From Escherichia phage KKE7M: 64,000 nucleotides of DNA. The stretch lies in the sequence record PQ356295.1; one strand, given 5' to 3'. A program made the position numbers and the translations under genes. The notes below the pieces were generated by a model. It was not told where the DNA came from and made no database searches. It saw nothing but the letters and a program-made list of their open reading frames with translations. Numbering within the stretch: position 1 is the stretch's first letter; each line of letters begins with the position of its first letter. Of the stretch, positions 18,015-27,133 are shown piece by piece.

Positions 18015-20429
18015 TTAAGCATTATTGACAGTAACAAAAGTAACAGGGTTCAGAGCTTTAATTTGTGTATTCTCTGCTGTAGGTGTTATAATTGGATCTG
18101 CAATATCTATTGTGTACAAACTATTTGTCACATACGTAGCACGTGCTATAGTTGTCACAAGATCGCCACCATTTGCTCCTGCACCTGGAATAACAATCTT
18201 AGTACCTGCCGCTTTAGCGTAGCCATTACTAGCCCAGTTTAAAGCATTAGACTGTAGATAGGTTTGACCTGTAACAGTTGCTTTTATTTTCTCATTATTA
18301 CTAAAGAAAGCACCACCTACTGTAACAACGTGTTTTTTACCGCTTGCACAATGAATAACTGTTCCAGTAGGGAAGTCACGCCCACCTGGGAATTCATCAT
18401 AATCTGTAAAATATTGTTCAGAAATAGTGGTTAAGACTGGCCCACGATGACCTGTACCATCAACAGCAGTTGGAACACCAAAGTTATTTCCAACCTGATC
18501 GCAACGATCAGTGTAGATTTTAGCAAAAGAAACTGTTGTTTCATCTCCGCTAAGTGCTGTACATCCTACCCACTTCATATACGTGAATTGGCTGCGAGTA
18601 TAGAAACCGCCACCACTTCCTTCTCCGCTTCCGTGTTGACCTATGAAGTCAATACTACGGCAACGAATGTTATTAAAGGTAGAGCTAGATGGTAGTCCAC
18701 GCCATTTAAAAACATTACAATTGATGTTACTAACAATTGTAGAGTTTTCCCAGGCATCTGATCCAGCCGTTGCAATCTCAATTGAAGATTCTGGAATATC
18801 CAAATTCTTAATTGTAAAGTTAATTGGTGGCCCCGCATATCTACCGCTGTTAACACCCCAGTCAATAAAGACCATGCGTGTTGAAACAGACGGATCATTA
18901 AGCAGATAACCAGTTAAACCATCAACTTCAAAATCTTGGCATCCGTATAATGCAACACCACAAGTAGTTAAACCTGTACCTGTTGAAACTGCTGTGTTAG
19001 GATAAACTTCATTATCACGTATTGTGAAGTTTTTACCCATTTCAACGTGTAAACATTGACGGCAATTGTAAACCCTATTCCCAATGATACTGAAATTACG
19101 TACATATTGTGAATCAGGAACATCAACACCATATGGGCCACTACCTGCTACACCAATACCAATACCCCAGTTTGCACCTTGTCCAGAAGCATCTACGTTA
19201 GCAATGTGGTTATTCTCGATAATCAAACCTTCAGTGTAGTGTTTTTGAACTACGTTAAGTTCAATAGCATCACCTTTGATATCGTGAATATAGTTGTTAG
19301 AGTAACGCCCATAGGTCATTACTTCTCCAGTACCTTGTTGCAGGATTGCATATTTACAACCATACATTTCGTTGTAACTGAAGTCCAACGTACCTTCACT
19401 AGTCATTGCTTGCATTAAGAATGCTGCTGTAGATGTTGCGTTGGAGAAGATATTACGATAGAATCGGCAATCCCCACCTAACATCTTAACATAACATTTT
19501 TCAAAGCGAACGTTTTCAATCCAACAGGACACAGTAGAAATCATTGTTCCACCGTTACCAGTGAATGTACCACCATACCAACGAATACCAGACATAGCAA
19601 TTGAGCTTGTGAATCTATAATTCTTATCTGCTCGTACTTGAATGTTATTTGTGTTAGCGAAAGTAATGGTTTTTAAAATTGCTTGAGTATCATCGGTAAC
19701 TCCATCACCAATTGCACCAAACTGCTCAGGCGTTACAAAGTATTGAGCTTGTAACAGGTTGCCTCCAGATGGAAGACCAACCATTGCTGCACCAGTGGTA
19801 GATGACAAAAGGTTTTTCTCTACATAAGAAGTAGAGGCTGTTGTTTTACCAATAAAAGCAAACAATTTGTTAGGTAGACCAGTAGACGGATCTAAACCTA
19901 ATGGTTCTGCCAGAATAATTTTACTATCTTTGATAGTAAATGCTTCACCTTGAATCTGAATTACACCGTTAATGGTGACAATAGCATTATCAAAGATATA
20001 AGGAGGACTGATTTCTGTTTCATATCCTGTAGCACCTTTAAAATACCAAGGATACACATCTGAAGCTAACTGTTCAGTTTTAAGAGCGTACAGAGTCCAG
20101 TTACTGTCTCCTACAGGTGTACCCTGCATAGGTACAGGGTTCGCAGTAGTGGCAGATGGAGCATAGTAGTACCCACTCAAGATACCGTTTTCAAAATAAC
20201 GTAACTGGTTAAATACAGTTTCAGTTGATCCTGCTGACCAAGCAACAGGACTCTTAAAGAAGAAGTTATCAACAAGTGCTTTACGCAGTGTAGGTATTAA
20301 ACCTGTTTCGGTTTCTACAGTTGCTGTAGCATCCCCGTTAATAACATCATGCATCTGGTTAGACGAGAATATAACCAGATCAACACCTTGTTCTAGTGTC
20401 GTCGCAGGATATGTTGGAAAATTCGCCAT
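18015..20429 (-). CDS. Tail spike / fiber protein (804 aa)
   Basis: Large ORF in tail fiber cluster; Gly/Asn-rich repetitive middle region suggests beta-helix-type fold (inference). Confidence 0.5.
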   Translation of the reverse strand: MANFPTYPATTLEQGVDLVIFSSNQMHDVINGDATATVETETGLIPTLRKALVDNFFFKSPVAWSAGSTETVFNQLRYFENGILSGYYYAPSATTANPVPMQGTPVGDSNWTLYALKTEQLASDVYPWYFKGATGYETEISPPYIFDNAIVTINGVIQIQGEAFTIKDSKIILAEPLGLDPSTGLPNKLFAFIGKTTASTSYVEKNLLSSTTGAAMVGLPSGGNLLQAQYFVTPEQFGAIGDGVTDDTQAILKTITFANTNNIQVRADKNYRFTSSIAMSGIRWYGGTFTGNGGTMISTVSCWIENVRFEKCYVKMLGGDCRFYRNIFSNATSTAAFLMQAMTSEGTLDFSYNEMYGCKYAILQQGTGEVMTYGRYSNNYIHDIKGDAIELNVVQKHYTEGLIIENNHIANVDASGQGANWGIGIGVAGSGPYGVDVPDSQYVRNFSIIGNRVYNCRQCLHVEMGKNFTIRDNEVYPNTAVSTGTGLTTCGVALYGCQDFEVDGLTGYLLNDPSVSTRMVFIDWGVNSGRYAGPPINFTIKNLDIPESSIEIATAGSDAWENSTIVSNINCNVFKWRGLPSSSTFNNIRCRSIDFIGQHGSGEGSGGGFYTRSQFTYMKWVGCTALSGDETTVSFAKIYTDRCDQVGNNFGVPTAVDGTGHRGPVLTTISEQYFTDYDEFPGGRDFPTGTVIHCASGKKHVVTVGGAFFSNNEKIKATVTGQTYLQSNALNWASNGYAKAAGTKIVIPGAGANGGDLVTTIARATYVTNSLYTIDIADPIITPTAENTQIKALNPVTFVTVNNA

Positions 20430-20770
20430 TAATTTTTGTCCTTACTTTGTGTGCGCTTCGTAATCTCCTCTAGCATTAATTGAACAGGAGCATTTTTTAA
20501 ATCCATTATTTTTTCAATCTTCTGTTCTAAGGCAGTATTATTTGCCATTAATGTAGAGTTGATCTGGTTAAGCATTTGAGCAAGTTCTGCTTTGGTAGCA
20601 TAAGTGGATTCAACAAACACCAACTTCTTTTCTAGTTCGCGGTACTTGTCTTCCATTTTGTCCAAATCACTTGCCATATCATCTATCTTCTGTTTGAAGA
20701 CCACCCAGATTACGCCAATAAGAGGGATAATCGCCTCTTTAGCGATATCCCATACTTCTGTTAGCTCCAT
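20429..20770 (-). CDS. Hypothetical protein with N-terminal hydrophobic segment and coiled-coil
   Basis: ORF in track; AIIPLIGVIWVVF followed by K/E-rich heptads. Confidence 0.5.
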   Translation of the reverse strand: MELTEVWDIAKEAIIPLIGVIWVVFKQKIDDMASDLDKMEDKYRELEKKLVFVESTYATKAELAQMLNQINSTLMANNTALEQKIEKIMDLKNAPVQLMLEEITKRTQSKDKN

Positions 20771-20779
20771 ACATTACCC

Positions 20780-21331
20780 CTATTTCTTAGGTCTTGTAGG
20801 CCAAGTTATATTAGGTGCATCTTCAACGTTAATTTGAATTAATGTTGCACGATAGAGTTTAACTTTTCCTAACCAATCTTTTTGTTCTTCAGATAAACCT
20901 TGTAATTCCTCTAAATCTTGAATCGCAGACACTTGATTCGTAGCCCAAGTTAACTCCTTTTCTAACTTAAGAGTAGCATCTTCAATAGCAAGACTATTGT
21001 GAGGAACAAATTTACCTTCAACATATTGCCAAGAGCCAATATTACTTTCATCTTCTATTTTATCTGGTGCATTATATGTAACTAAAATAGATTGTCCGGC
21101 AGGGAAATAGGTAGTAACATCTTTAGTAGCACCACGTACAATATTATTATCATCTAAGGTAATAAAATAAGCGTCGGGATATTCAGCCATCAAGGTTTTT
21201 TGAAGTTGATACCAATCATTACCATCCTTGTCTTGCAAAAAACCACCGCCAACAGAAAGATAAAGAATGTTTTCCTCTGTTAATTCCGGTTCGTACAATT
21301 CAAAACCTGTAAAAATAACATCTTTTTTCAT
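20780..21331 (-). CDS. Hypothetical tail-associated protein (183 aa)
   Basis: ORF colinear in tail module. Confidence 0.5.
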   Translation of the reverse strand: MKKDVIFTGFELYEPELTEENILYLSVGGGFLQDKDGNDWYQLQKTLMAEYPDAYFITLDDNNIVRGATKDVTTYFPAGQSILVTYNAPDKIEDESNIGSWQYVEGKFVPHNSLAIEDATLKLEKELTWATNQVSAIQDLEELQGLSEEQKDWLGKVKLYRATLIQINVEDAPNITWPTRPKK

Positions 21332-21340
21332 AGACTCTCC

Positions 21341-22324
21341 TTATGAAACGTTGGTTACTGTTATCCAGCTACCATTAATATAATATTGTAGCGGGGCTGA
21401 CCAATACCAAGCACCACGAAGTTCTTTCTTATCACCAAAGCCCCAACCTGTGATCACGTGACCAGCATAGAAACGAGACTCAGACACACCAGCTTGGATA
21501 CGTGCTCCTAAACGGATAGCAGACACAACAGAAGAAACTCTATTGTTAATGTTATTAATTTGGCCTTGCAAGTTGCTATTAACGTTGTTAATATTATTTT
21601 GCAGTGTACTTTGCAATGAGTTTAGTCTTGAGTTAAGATAATCTAATCTTACAAGAGCATTACCATTGCCAGTATCTTGACCAGAATTAGAACGAGGATT
21701 GTCTATTAAAACATAACCTGCATCATACAAACGGACTCCACAAGATGTTCCTCCAGTAGATGGATTTATTCTATAAATATAGAGTTGACCACCTGCACCT
21801 GGTTCAGAAGACATATTGCCTACTGTTTGTCCGTTATAGTTTCTAAAAAATAATGTTGCAGGATCTGTAGCACTTGTACCACAAGTGTAAATATCACCTG
21901 CATAGATAGCACCACCATTATCACGCTTAACAAGGACATTACCTACAACTTGGTTTGATGTTGCGTCTGTAATGTTAGCTGATAAGTGATTATGACTATT
22001 ATCTACGACTTGAATAGATAATGTTACAGCAGCATTACCATTCCATGTAACTTCACCTGTAGCATCACCTGCCATTGTAATTTTAGTACCGACTATAGGA
22101 AGATATGTAGTAGGCAATGTTGGGAAGAATTCATCTTGCATATAGCGAATCCAAGACCCAATATTGTTTAAAATCCAGTTCATTTCTTCACAAGTCATAA
22201 TCTGACCAAAATCCATACCAACATTACGGATGGTTTCTTTTGGTCTAATCTTGTTTGTGTTTCCCGTTCCTGGGAGGGTTACTGTTTGTGTCGCCCAGTC
22301 AGGGTAGTATTGTGGCTTTGCCAT
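21341..22324 (-). CDS. Tail fiber-like protein (327 aa)
   Basis: Asn/Gln-rich repeats typical of fiber shafts. Confidence 0.5.
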   Translation of the reverse strand: MAKPQYYPDWATQTVTLPGTGNTNKIRPKETIRNVGMDFGQIMTCEEMNWILNNIGSWIRYMQDEFFPTLPTTYLPIVGTKITMAGDATGEVTWNGNAAVTLSIQVVDNSHNHLSANITDATSNQVVGNVLVKRDNGGAIYAGDIYTCGTSATDPATLFFRNYNGQTVGNMSSEPGAGGQLYIYRINPSTGGTSCGVRLYDAGYVLIDNPRSNSGQDTGNGNALVRLDYLNSRLNSLQSTLQNNINNVNSNLQGQINNINNRVSSVVSAIRLGARIQAGVSESRFYAGHVITGWGFGDKKELRGAWYWSAPLQYYINGSWITVTNVS

Positions 22325-22337
22325 TAAGGGTAACTCC

Positions 22338-22967
22338 TTATTCTATTTGAGCTATCAGCATAGTCATTCGCCCTGTATCATCTCCTTCAGCCTCTGTGTA
22401 AAGAGAACCTAAACCACCTATACCATGAGGTGGCTTTGTGGCATAATAGGAAGTGAAACCAAAGGCTGCACCCGCTTTCGCACCTAAGCGATAACTGCTT
22501 AGTATCGGGAAAACGTTAAGTAACTGTGCTACTGCCTGATCGGATTGTAGACACAAATTATAAAAGAATACGTCGAATGTTTTATTTAATCCAACGTATG
22601 TATTAATCGTTTCTTTTTCTGTTCCTGTAAAACGAGCGAACATATCAATGATATCATCTCGCGTACCAGAAGACGCAACACGATAAGCCCTGATTTTTAA
22701 TATTGTACGATACTCTTCATCTGTAGCACCATTTCTTTCCATCCCCATTTCTTCACCAATAAGATCTAAATACTTACCAGTTGCAGTAGAGATTAAGCGG
22801 TGTTTGGCAAGATAGATCATTGCCTGATCTATCTTTTGTTTTTCGCTAGAAATGATATAGAGTAGTTTGACAATGTTCGGAGAAGATTTAAAATCTTCAA
22901 TCAGTAGGTCTTTAACATCTTCATTGATACTATCCCACGTTGTCACATGGTCAACACTCACTGCCAT
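22338..22967 (-). CDS. Hypothetical baseplate/tail protein (209 aa)
   Basis: ORF colinear in tail module. Confidence 0.5.
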   Translation of the reverse strand: MAVSVDHVTTWDSINEDVKDLLIEDFKSSPNIVKLLYIISSEKQKIDQAMIYLAKHRLISTATGKYLDLIGEEMGMERNGATDEEYRTILKIRAYRVASSGTRDDIIDMFARFTGTEKETINTYVGLNKTFDVFFYNLCLQSDQAVAQLLNVFPILSSYRLGAKAGAAFGFTSYYATKPPHGIGGLGSLYTEAEGDDTGRMTMLIAQIE

Positions 22968-22969
22968 TT

Positions 22970-24457
22970 TTAGACTCCGTACTCGTAGGAAATATTATCA
23001 AGGTCAAAGGATGGTACAACATTGTACGCTGGAGTAATATCTCCCTCATTATATTTACTGTCATCCTCAGTATTAAGTTTAACATAAACACGGAGAGAAG
23101 TCAAGCGTCCGAACGCAAGTGCAGAATAAATTACACCTTTTATCTGATCGTTAGTTACTGTTGACCCTAATTCAAAATAAGCCTGTAAGTTTGCAAGAGC
23201 AGAAACAATATTTTCCCTTTCTGTTGTACTTAACACACTACCATTGCCAGTTTGATACACCAGTTTAAGTGAGTATTCCGCATTATCACCAGGAGAAAAA
23301 CGAATTACTTCTTGACCACCATCTTCTGTTATGATAGTAATTGCTGTCGTACCATAAGTTAAGGTGTTAATAGGCTTAGTATTATAAATAACCTGTGCAA
23401 CTTCTTCTGCTGTACCACCATACACAATAGTCTGGAATGTCATAGCTGGAGCATGTTCCTGATCGTGTAGTGTAGGGTTATCATAAATCTTAACCTTTGT
23501 CACGCCATCTGTTAGTAGTAGAGCTTTAACAATAGCAGCACGAGTAGCAGCATTAGCTTCATCCATATTATCATTGAAACGAGAACGGAATTCTGCATCT
23601 GTTTCAACATCTGTACCTGGAGAGAATGGATAGAAGTTACCTGTATCTAAGAAGCCTGTAAACGTTGAAGAAATACCTGTAATACTTTCTGTACCTACTG
23701 GATTATAACCAACGTCTGAACACGTAACTGGAATTTCACTCCATTTTGTACCTATTGCAATAGATGCGTAAAATTTCACTGGTGTTACTAGACCTATTGG
23801 GTTAACATTATCTTCTGGATTATAACCCATATAAACATTACTAGCATCATTCCATACTAAAGCACGATCTGTTGTTGATACGTTAGCTTTAATGAAATTC
23901 GTGAGATCTACAATAAAGTTTGTATTGCTAGGACTTAGTGTTTTACTGTTAAGACCACCATCAATAGCACTTTGAATGTAGAAAGTAATAGAAGTTTCAC
24001 CAGAAGCTGTTGCGTTTGCTTTAGAAATGGTATATGCTCCAATCTTAGCATTCAACATTGTCGGTGCACTGACATAATATGTCAAATCGTTATCGGCATT
24101 AAAATAAACATCTGTGCTTAGTTCATAAGTCCAAGCTGCCTTATTGTTAGATTTAACATAAGCATAACCACTACCAGCAGAAGCAGCTTTACGATAAAAA
24201 CCTCTTTTAGAGAAAATTTCATCAAGGTAAATACCTTCTGCACCATCTAAGGTTTGGGTATTGTAAACACCTTGCATACCTTCCCAAAGGGTGTAATCTG
24301 TATATGCAATAATACGAAACAGTTGACCAAAGACAGTATCTTCAGATGTAGCTGTATCTGCACCGAAAGTGTTTTTCAATGCTGTCATATAATTATTTAA
24401 AATATCATCAAACGTTGGAATTACAAAACCAGCATCTGTTAAACCATAATCTGCCAT
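22970..24457 (-). CDS. Putative baseplate protein (495 aa)
   Basis: Position in tail module, size. Confidence 0.45.
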   Translation of the reverse strand: MADYGLTDAGFVIPTFDDILNNYMTALKNTFGADTATSEDTVFGQLFRIIAYTDYTLWEGMQGVYNTQTLDGAEGIYLDEIFSKRGFYRKAASAGSGYAYVKSNNKAAWTYELSTDVYFNADNDLTYYVSAPTMLNAKIGAYTISKANATASGETSITFYIQSAIDGGLNSKTLSPSNTNFIVDLTNFIKANVSTTDRALVWNDASNVYMGYNPEDNVNPIGLVTPVKFYASIAIGTKWSEIPVTCSDVGYNPVGTESITGISSTFTGFLDTGNFYPFSPGTDVETDAEFRSRFNDNMDEANAATRAAIVKALLLTDGVTKVKIYDNPTLHDQEHAPAMTFQTIVYGGTAEEVAQVIYNTKPINTLTYGTTAITIITEDGGQEVIRFSPGDNAEYSLKLVYQTGNGSVLSTTERENIVSALANLQAYFELGSTVTNDQIKGVIYSALAFGRLTSLRVYVKLNTEDDSKYNEGDITPAYNVVPSFDLDNISYEYGV

Positions 24458-24702
24458 TAATTATCCTCCTTATCAGGGGCAGGTGATCTGCCCCAACGTA
24501 AATCTATTAAATTCTTCATTAGTCTGGATGGTGTGATCATAAAAACAAAAGCCCAGCCCATCCATTCAGGAATTTCTTTATCAATTCCCAAATAAATAAA
24601 CATACTGGACATAACAATCATACCAATAGCATTCCAAACTTTAGTAGAACTGACTTTATTATCAGGATATGTACAGAACATACCTATTAAAAATTTTCTC
24701 AT
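24457..24702 (-). CDS. Small membrane protein with two predicted TM helices and charged C-terminus (holin-like)
   Basis: 81 aa; hydrophobic stretches VWNAIGMIVMSSMFIYLGI and WMGWAFVFMIT; C-terminal RWGRSPAPDKEDN. Confidence 0.4.
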   Translation of the reverse strand: MRKFLIGMFCTYPDNKVSSTKVWNAIGMIVMSSMFIYLGIDKEIPEWMGWAFVFMITPSRLMKNLIDLRWGRSPAPDKEDN

Positions 24703-25007
24703 GATGCGTTCTCATTACTTTTTAAATCACGATATACAGCTAATTCCCCAAGGTCTACAGAACCCGCTGAATGCACAAGTACAGCAGCACTAAGACTAAT
24801 GGCAGTAGTACCTGGGGCAATATCAGCAGGTAGGGAATACGCCCTTTGCGTCTCCTTATCACAGATAACCTTATACCCACCCAAATCCACACCAACTGAG
24901 AAGTAAACAACCTCAGATTGTTTAACTCCAAAGTGACGGGCTACTGCTTGTTTATTGGTTAAGATTCCGGTTGAACCTTTACCACCTTGGGAGAATAACT
25001 CGTTCAT
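24699..25007 (-). CDS. Hypothetical protein (102 aa)
   Basis: ORF overlapping start of the downstream gene by 4 nt. Confidence 0.5.
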   Translation of the reverse strand: MNELFSQGGKGSTGILTNKQAVARHFGVKQSEVVYFSVGVDLGGYKVICDKETQRAYSLPADIAPGTTAISLSAAVLVHSAGSVDLGELAVYRDLKSNENAS

Positions 25008-25030
25008 ATAAACCTCTTTGTTTTTCTAGG

Positions 25031-25052
25031 AAACCCCGCCTAAGCGGGGTTT
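25031..25052. other. Intergenic GC-rich hairpin AAACCCCGC-CTAA-GCGGGGTTT
   Basis: Perfect inverted repeat between minus genes; T-run is on the plus side, so terminator role for minus transcripts is doubtful. Confidence 0.35.
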
Positions 25053-25055
25053 TAC

Positions 25056-27125
25056 TTAAGGTGCCAATCTTGATGCTTTCCATGCAACGGCACGGGTTCC
25101 ACTTATACCGCTAGAAGAATCTCTGATTAAGATGGTAAATGTTGTATCAGTTGCCGCAGTGTATGAAATTGCAACAGGAGAACCAGAATCTATAAGGGTG
25201 AACTCTATAAACTCTGGTGGCCTCGACATGCCATGTGGTATTACTTGGCCGTGTGAGTACGTACCGCTACCAATTGCTTCGGTAATAACCCCTGAGTTAT
25301 TGTTACTTCTGCTTCCTGAGTGGTTAGCCCCAAGAGCAATCACTTTCCGCCCTGTAATCCCGAATCCGAAAGTGTTTCCAGTAATCAAGGTGTCATATAT
25401 GGTCCGTGAATCAGGAAGAGAACCAGATACCGCATTTATCACAACCCCGTACTGCATCTGCCGATCTGTTCTGCGATTGTACATGCTGTTGCCGGTTATA
25501 ACAGTTCCCGTTATAGTCCCAGCCCCTGCACCGGAATTGCTTACCACTACCCCCGCTCTGAATGTATTAGCCACATCAGACGAATCACCAATACCCGTAA
25601 TCTGGTTTCCTGATATTAAATTGTTATCTGGCAGGACAGAGGCGTCATTGCAGGTTATCAGGATCCCAATATCGGTAAAAGCGTCAAAAACGTTATTTGC
25701 CACCACATTACCAGGACCCCATATCTCTACCCCTTTCGGTGTATTTGCACCGTCGCCAAAGAATTTATTCTCAGTAACGATGTTACCAGCACTTCTGATA
25801 AGAATAGCAGGTCTGAACTGTGCAGAAGTCCGTAGGCTGTCATTATACCCGTGGTTATTGGTGATATGTGATTCACTTCCAGCGGCATCAATGCAGCAGT
25901 TACAGGAGTTAATATTATTTCTGTGGATTTGTACGTAGGCGCTCCCCCCATCGTATTTAACGCCGTTCCAGAAATTTAAAATCCCGCAATCCATCAACTG
26001 CCCAGCCTTGGTCAATTTAACTGCATTAAGATTATCCTTAGAGTCATTGATCGCACGGAGATACACATACTGAATACGTCCCGAATCTTCAGTACTCGGG
26101 CTCTCGCCGTTATCAATAGCGTATCTATCCTTCCCAAACGGCCCGTCAAACGTGAAAGTAGTAAATGGAAGATTGTTACCTAGTTGCGCACCTACGTATC
26201 CAGATGCACCAACAATGCTCACTCCAACTGGTTTAATGAGCGTAGCTGTGGCAATTCGTGCGTCGCCAATATGGGTTACGTGACTTTTAGTGTGGTACAG
26301 CGCCAACTGATAGGCGTAATAATCATCAGTTACCCCATCACATTTAGCGCCGTAATTTTTAGCGTTTGTCTCCTTGTATCCATTAAGCAACCCTACACAC
26401 CTCCAATTAGTAGACGTGTATCTTGCTAACGGTTGAGCTGGAGGAACAGTGCCAGCTGGAACGGTTAACGGCGACGAAATAGCGCCTTCATATACCCAAA
26501 ACAAACCAGTGGAATGGTCACGTATGGCTTCGGTATTTGATGTTATGACAACATATTCTGTCGAGTCTCCTGCGTAGCTGTACCCTGATGCCAACCTCTG
26601 AATAGTGACACCATCCTGCGCAGTTAACACGAGCGAAGAACCAAACTTAGAAGCAAGATTACTTCTCAATGAAGAATCACCAACACTAACCCACGCACCT
26701 GTTCCAACACCACCTGTTGATGTAGGGGTTGAGTCAGCGGGAACAGCTTTAGGGAAAGCACCATCCCATGTATAGCACTGTCCACCAGCAATGTGCCAAA
26801 CAGCATCGGTTGAACTATTGGCTGTCGCCCCTTCTTCAAAGCTACCATCAACAAGAGTTAACCCAGCCTCGGCAAGACTACGACGCCACTGTTCACGATC
26901 ATTAAGAAGATTGTTATTCAACTCTTCCTGAACAGTATTACCATTTGAGGATTGTATTAAATCTGCTCCATCTGTATCTTTCAACTGGGTGGCTAAAACC
27001 ACCCCAGTGTCAGTAAGAAAGTTGGAAACTGTGCTTTTAACAGTCTTATCAGGTTGGTCTAAAACCAGGTAATCAGAACCATTAACTTTTGATGTTTCGG
27101 GTAAATTAGTAATTGTAGTTGACAT
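25056..27125 (-). CDS. Tail fiber / tailspike protein sharing an N-terminal module with 16013-17974
   Basis: Motif YTWDGAFPKAVPADSTPTSTGGVGTGAW matches YQWKGSLPKVVPANSTPTSTGGISDTAW in the other fiber; Gly/Asn-rich repetitive C-terminal half. Confidence 0.6.
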   Translation of the reverse strand: MSTTITNLPETSKVNGSDYLVLDQPDKTVKSTVSNFLTDTGVVLATQLKDTDGADLIQSSNGNTVQEELNNNLLNDREQWRRSLAEAGLTLVDGSFEEGATANSSTDAVWHIAGGQCYTWDGAFPKAVPADSTPTSTGGVGTGAWVSVGDSSLRSNLASKFGSSLVLTAQDGVTIQRLASGYSYAGDSTEYVVITSNTEAIRDHSTGLFWVYEGAISSPLTVPAGTVPPAQPLARYTSTNWRCVGLLNGYKETNAKNYGAKCDGVTDDYYAYQLALYHTKSHVTHIGDARIATATLIKPVGVSIVGASGYVGAQLGNNLPFTTFTFDGPFGKDRYAIDNGESPSTEDSGRIQYVYLRAINDSKDNLNAVKLTKAGQLMDCGILNFWNGVKYDGGSAYVQIHRNNINSCNCCIDAAGSESHITNNHGYNDSLRTSAQFRPAILIRSAGNIVTENKFFGDGANTPKGVEIWGPGNVVANNVFDAFTDIGILITCNDASVLPDNNLISGNQITGIGDSSDVANTFRAGVVVSNSGAGAGTITGTVITGNSMYNRRTDRQMQYGVVINAVSGSLPDSRTIYDTLITGNTFGFGITGRKVIALGANHSGSRSNNNSGVITEAIGSGTYSHGQVIPHGMSRPPEFIEFTLIDSGSPVAISYTAATDTTFTILIRDSSSGISGTRAVAWKASRLAP

Positions 27126-27133
27126 TTTTACTC

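Noticed and set aside
25031-25052. GC-rich hairpin considered as a terminator for the minus-strand tail operon
   Set aside because: The T-run follows the stem on the plus strand, not the minus strand; retained only as an unexplained intergenic hairpin
25132-25938. 268-aa plus-strand ORF
   Set aside because: Lies entirely antisense inside the minus-strand tail fiber gene 25056-27125, has no RBS and a Pro/Leu-rich low-complexity translation; treated as a spurious antisense frame, as are the other short track ORFs embedded opposite large genes
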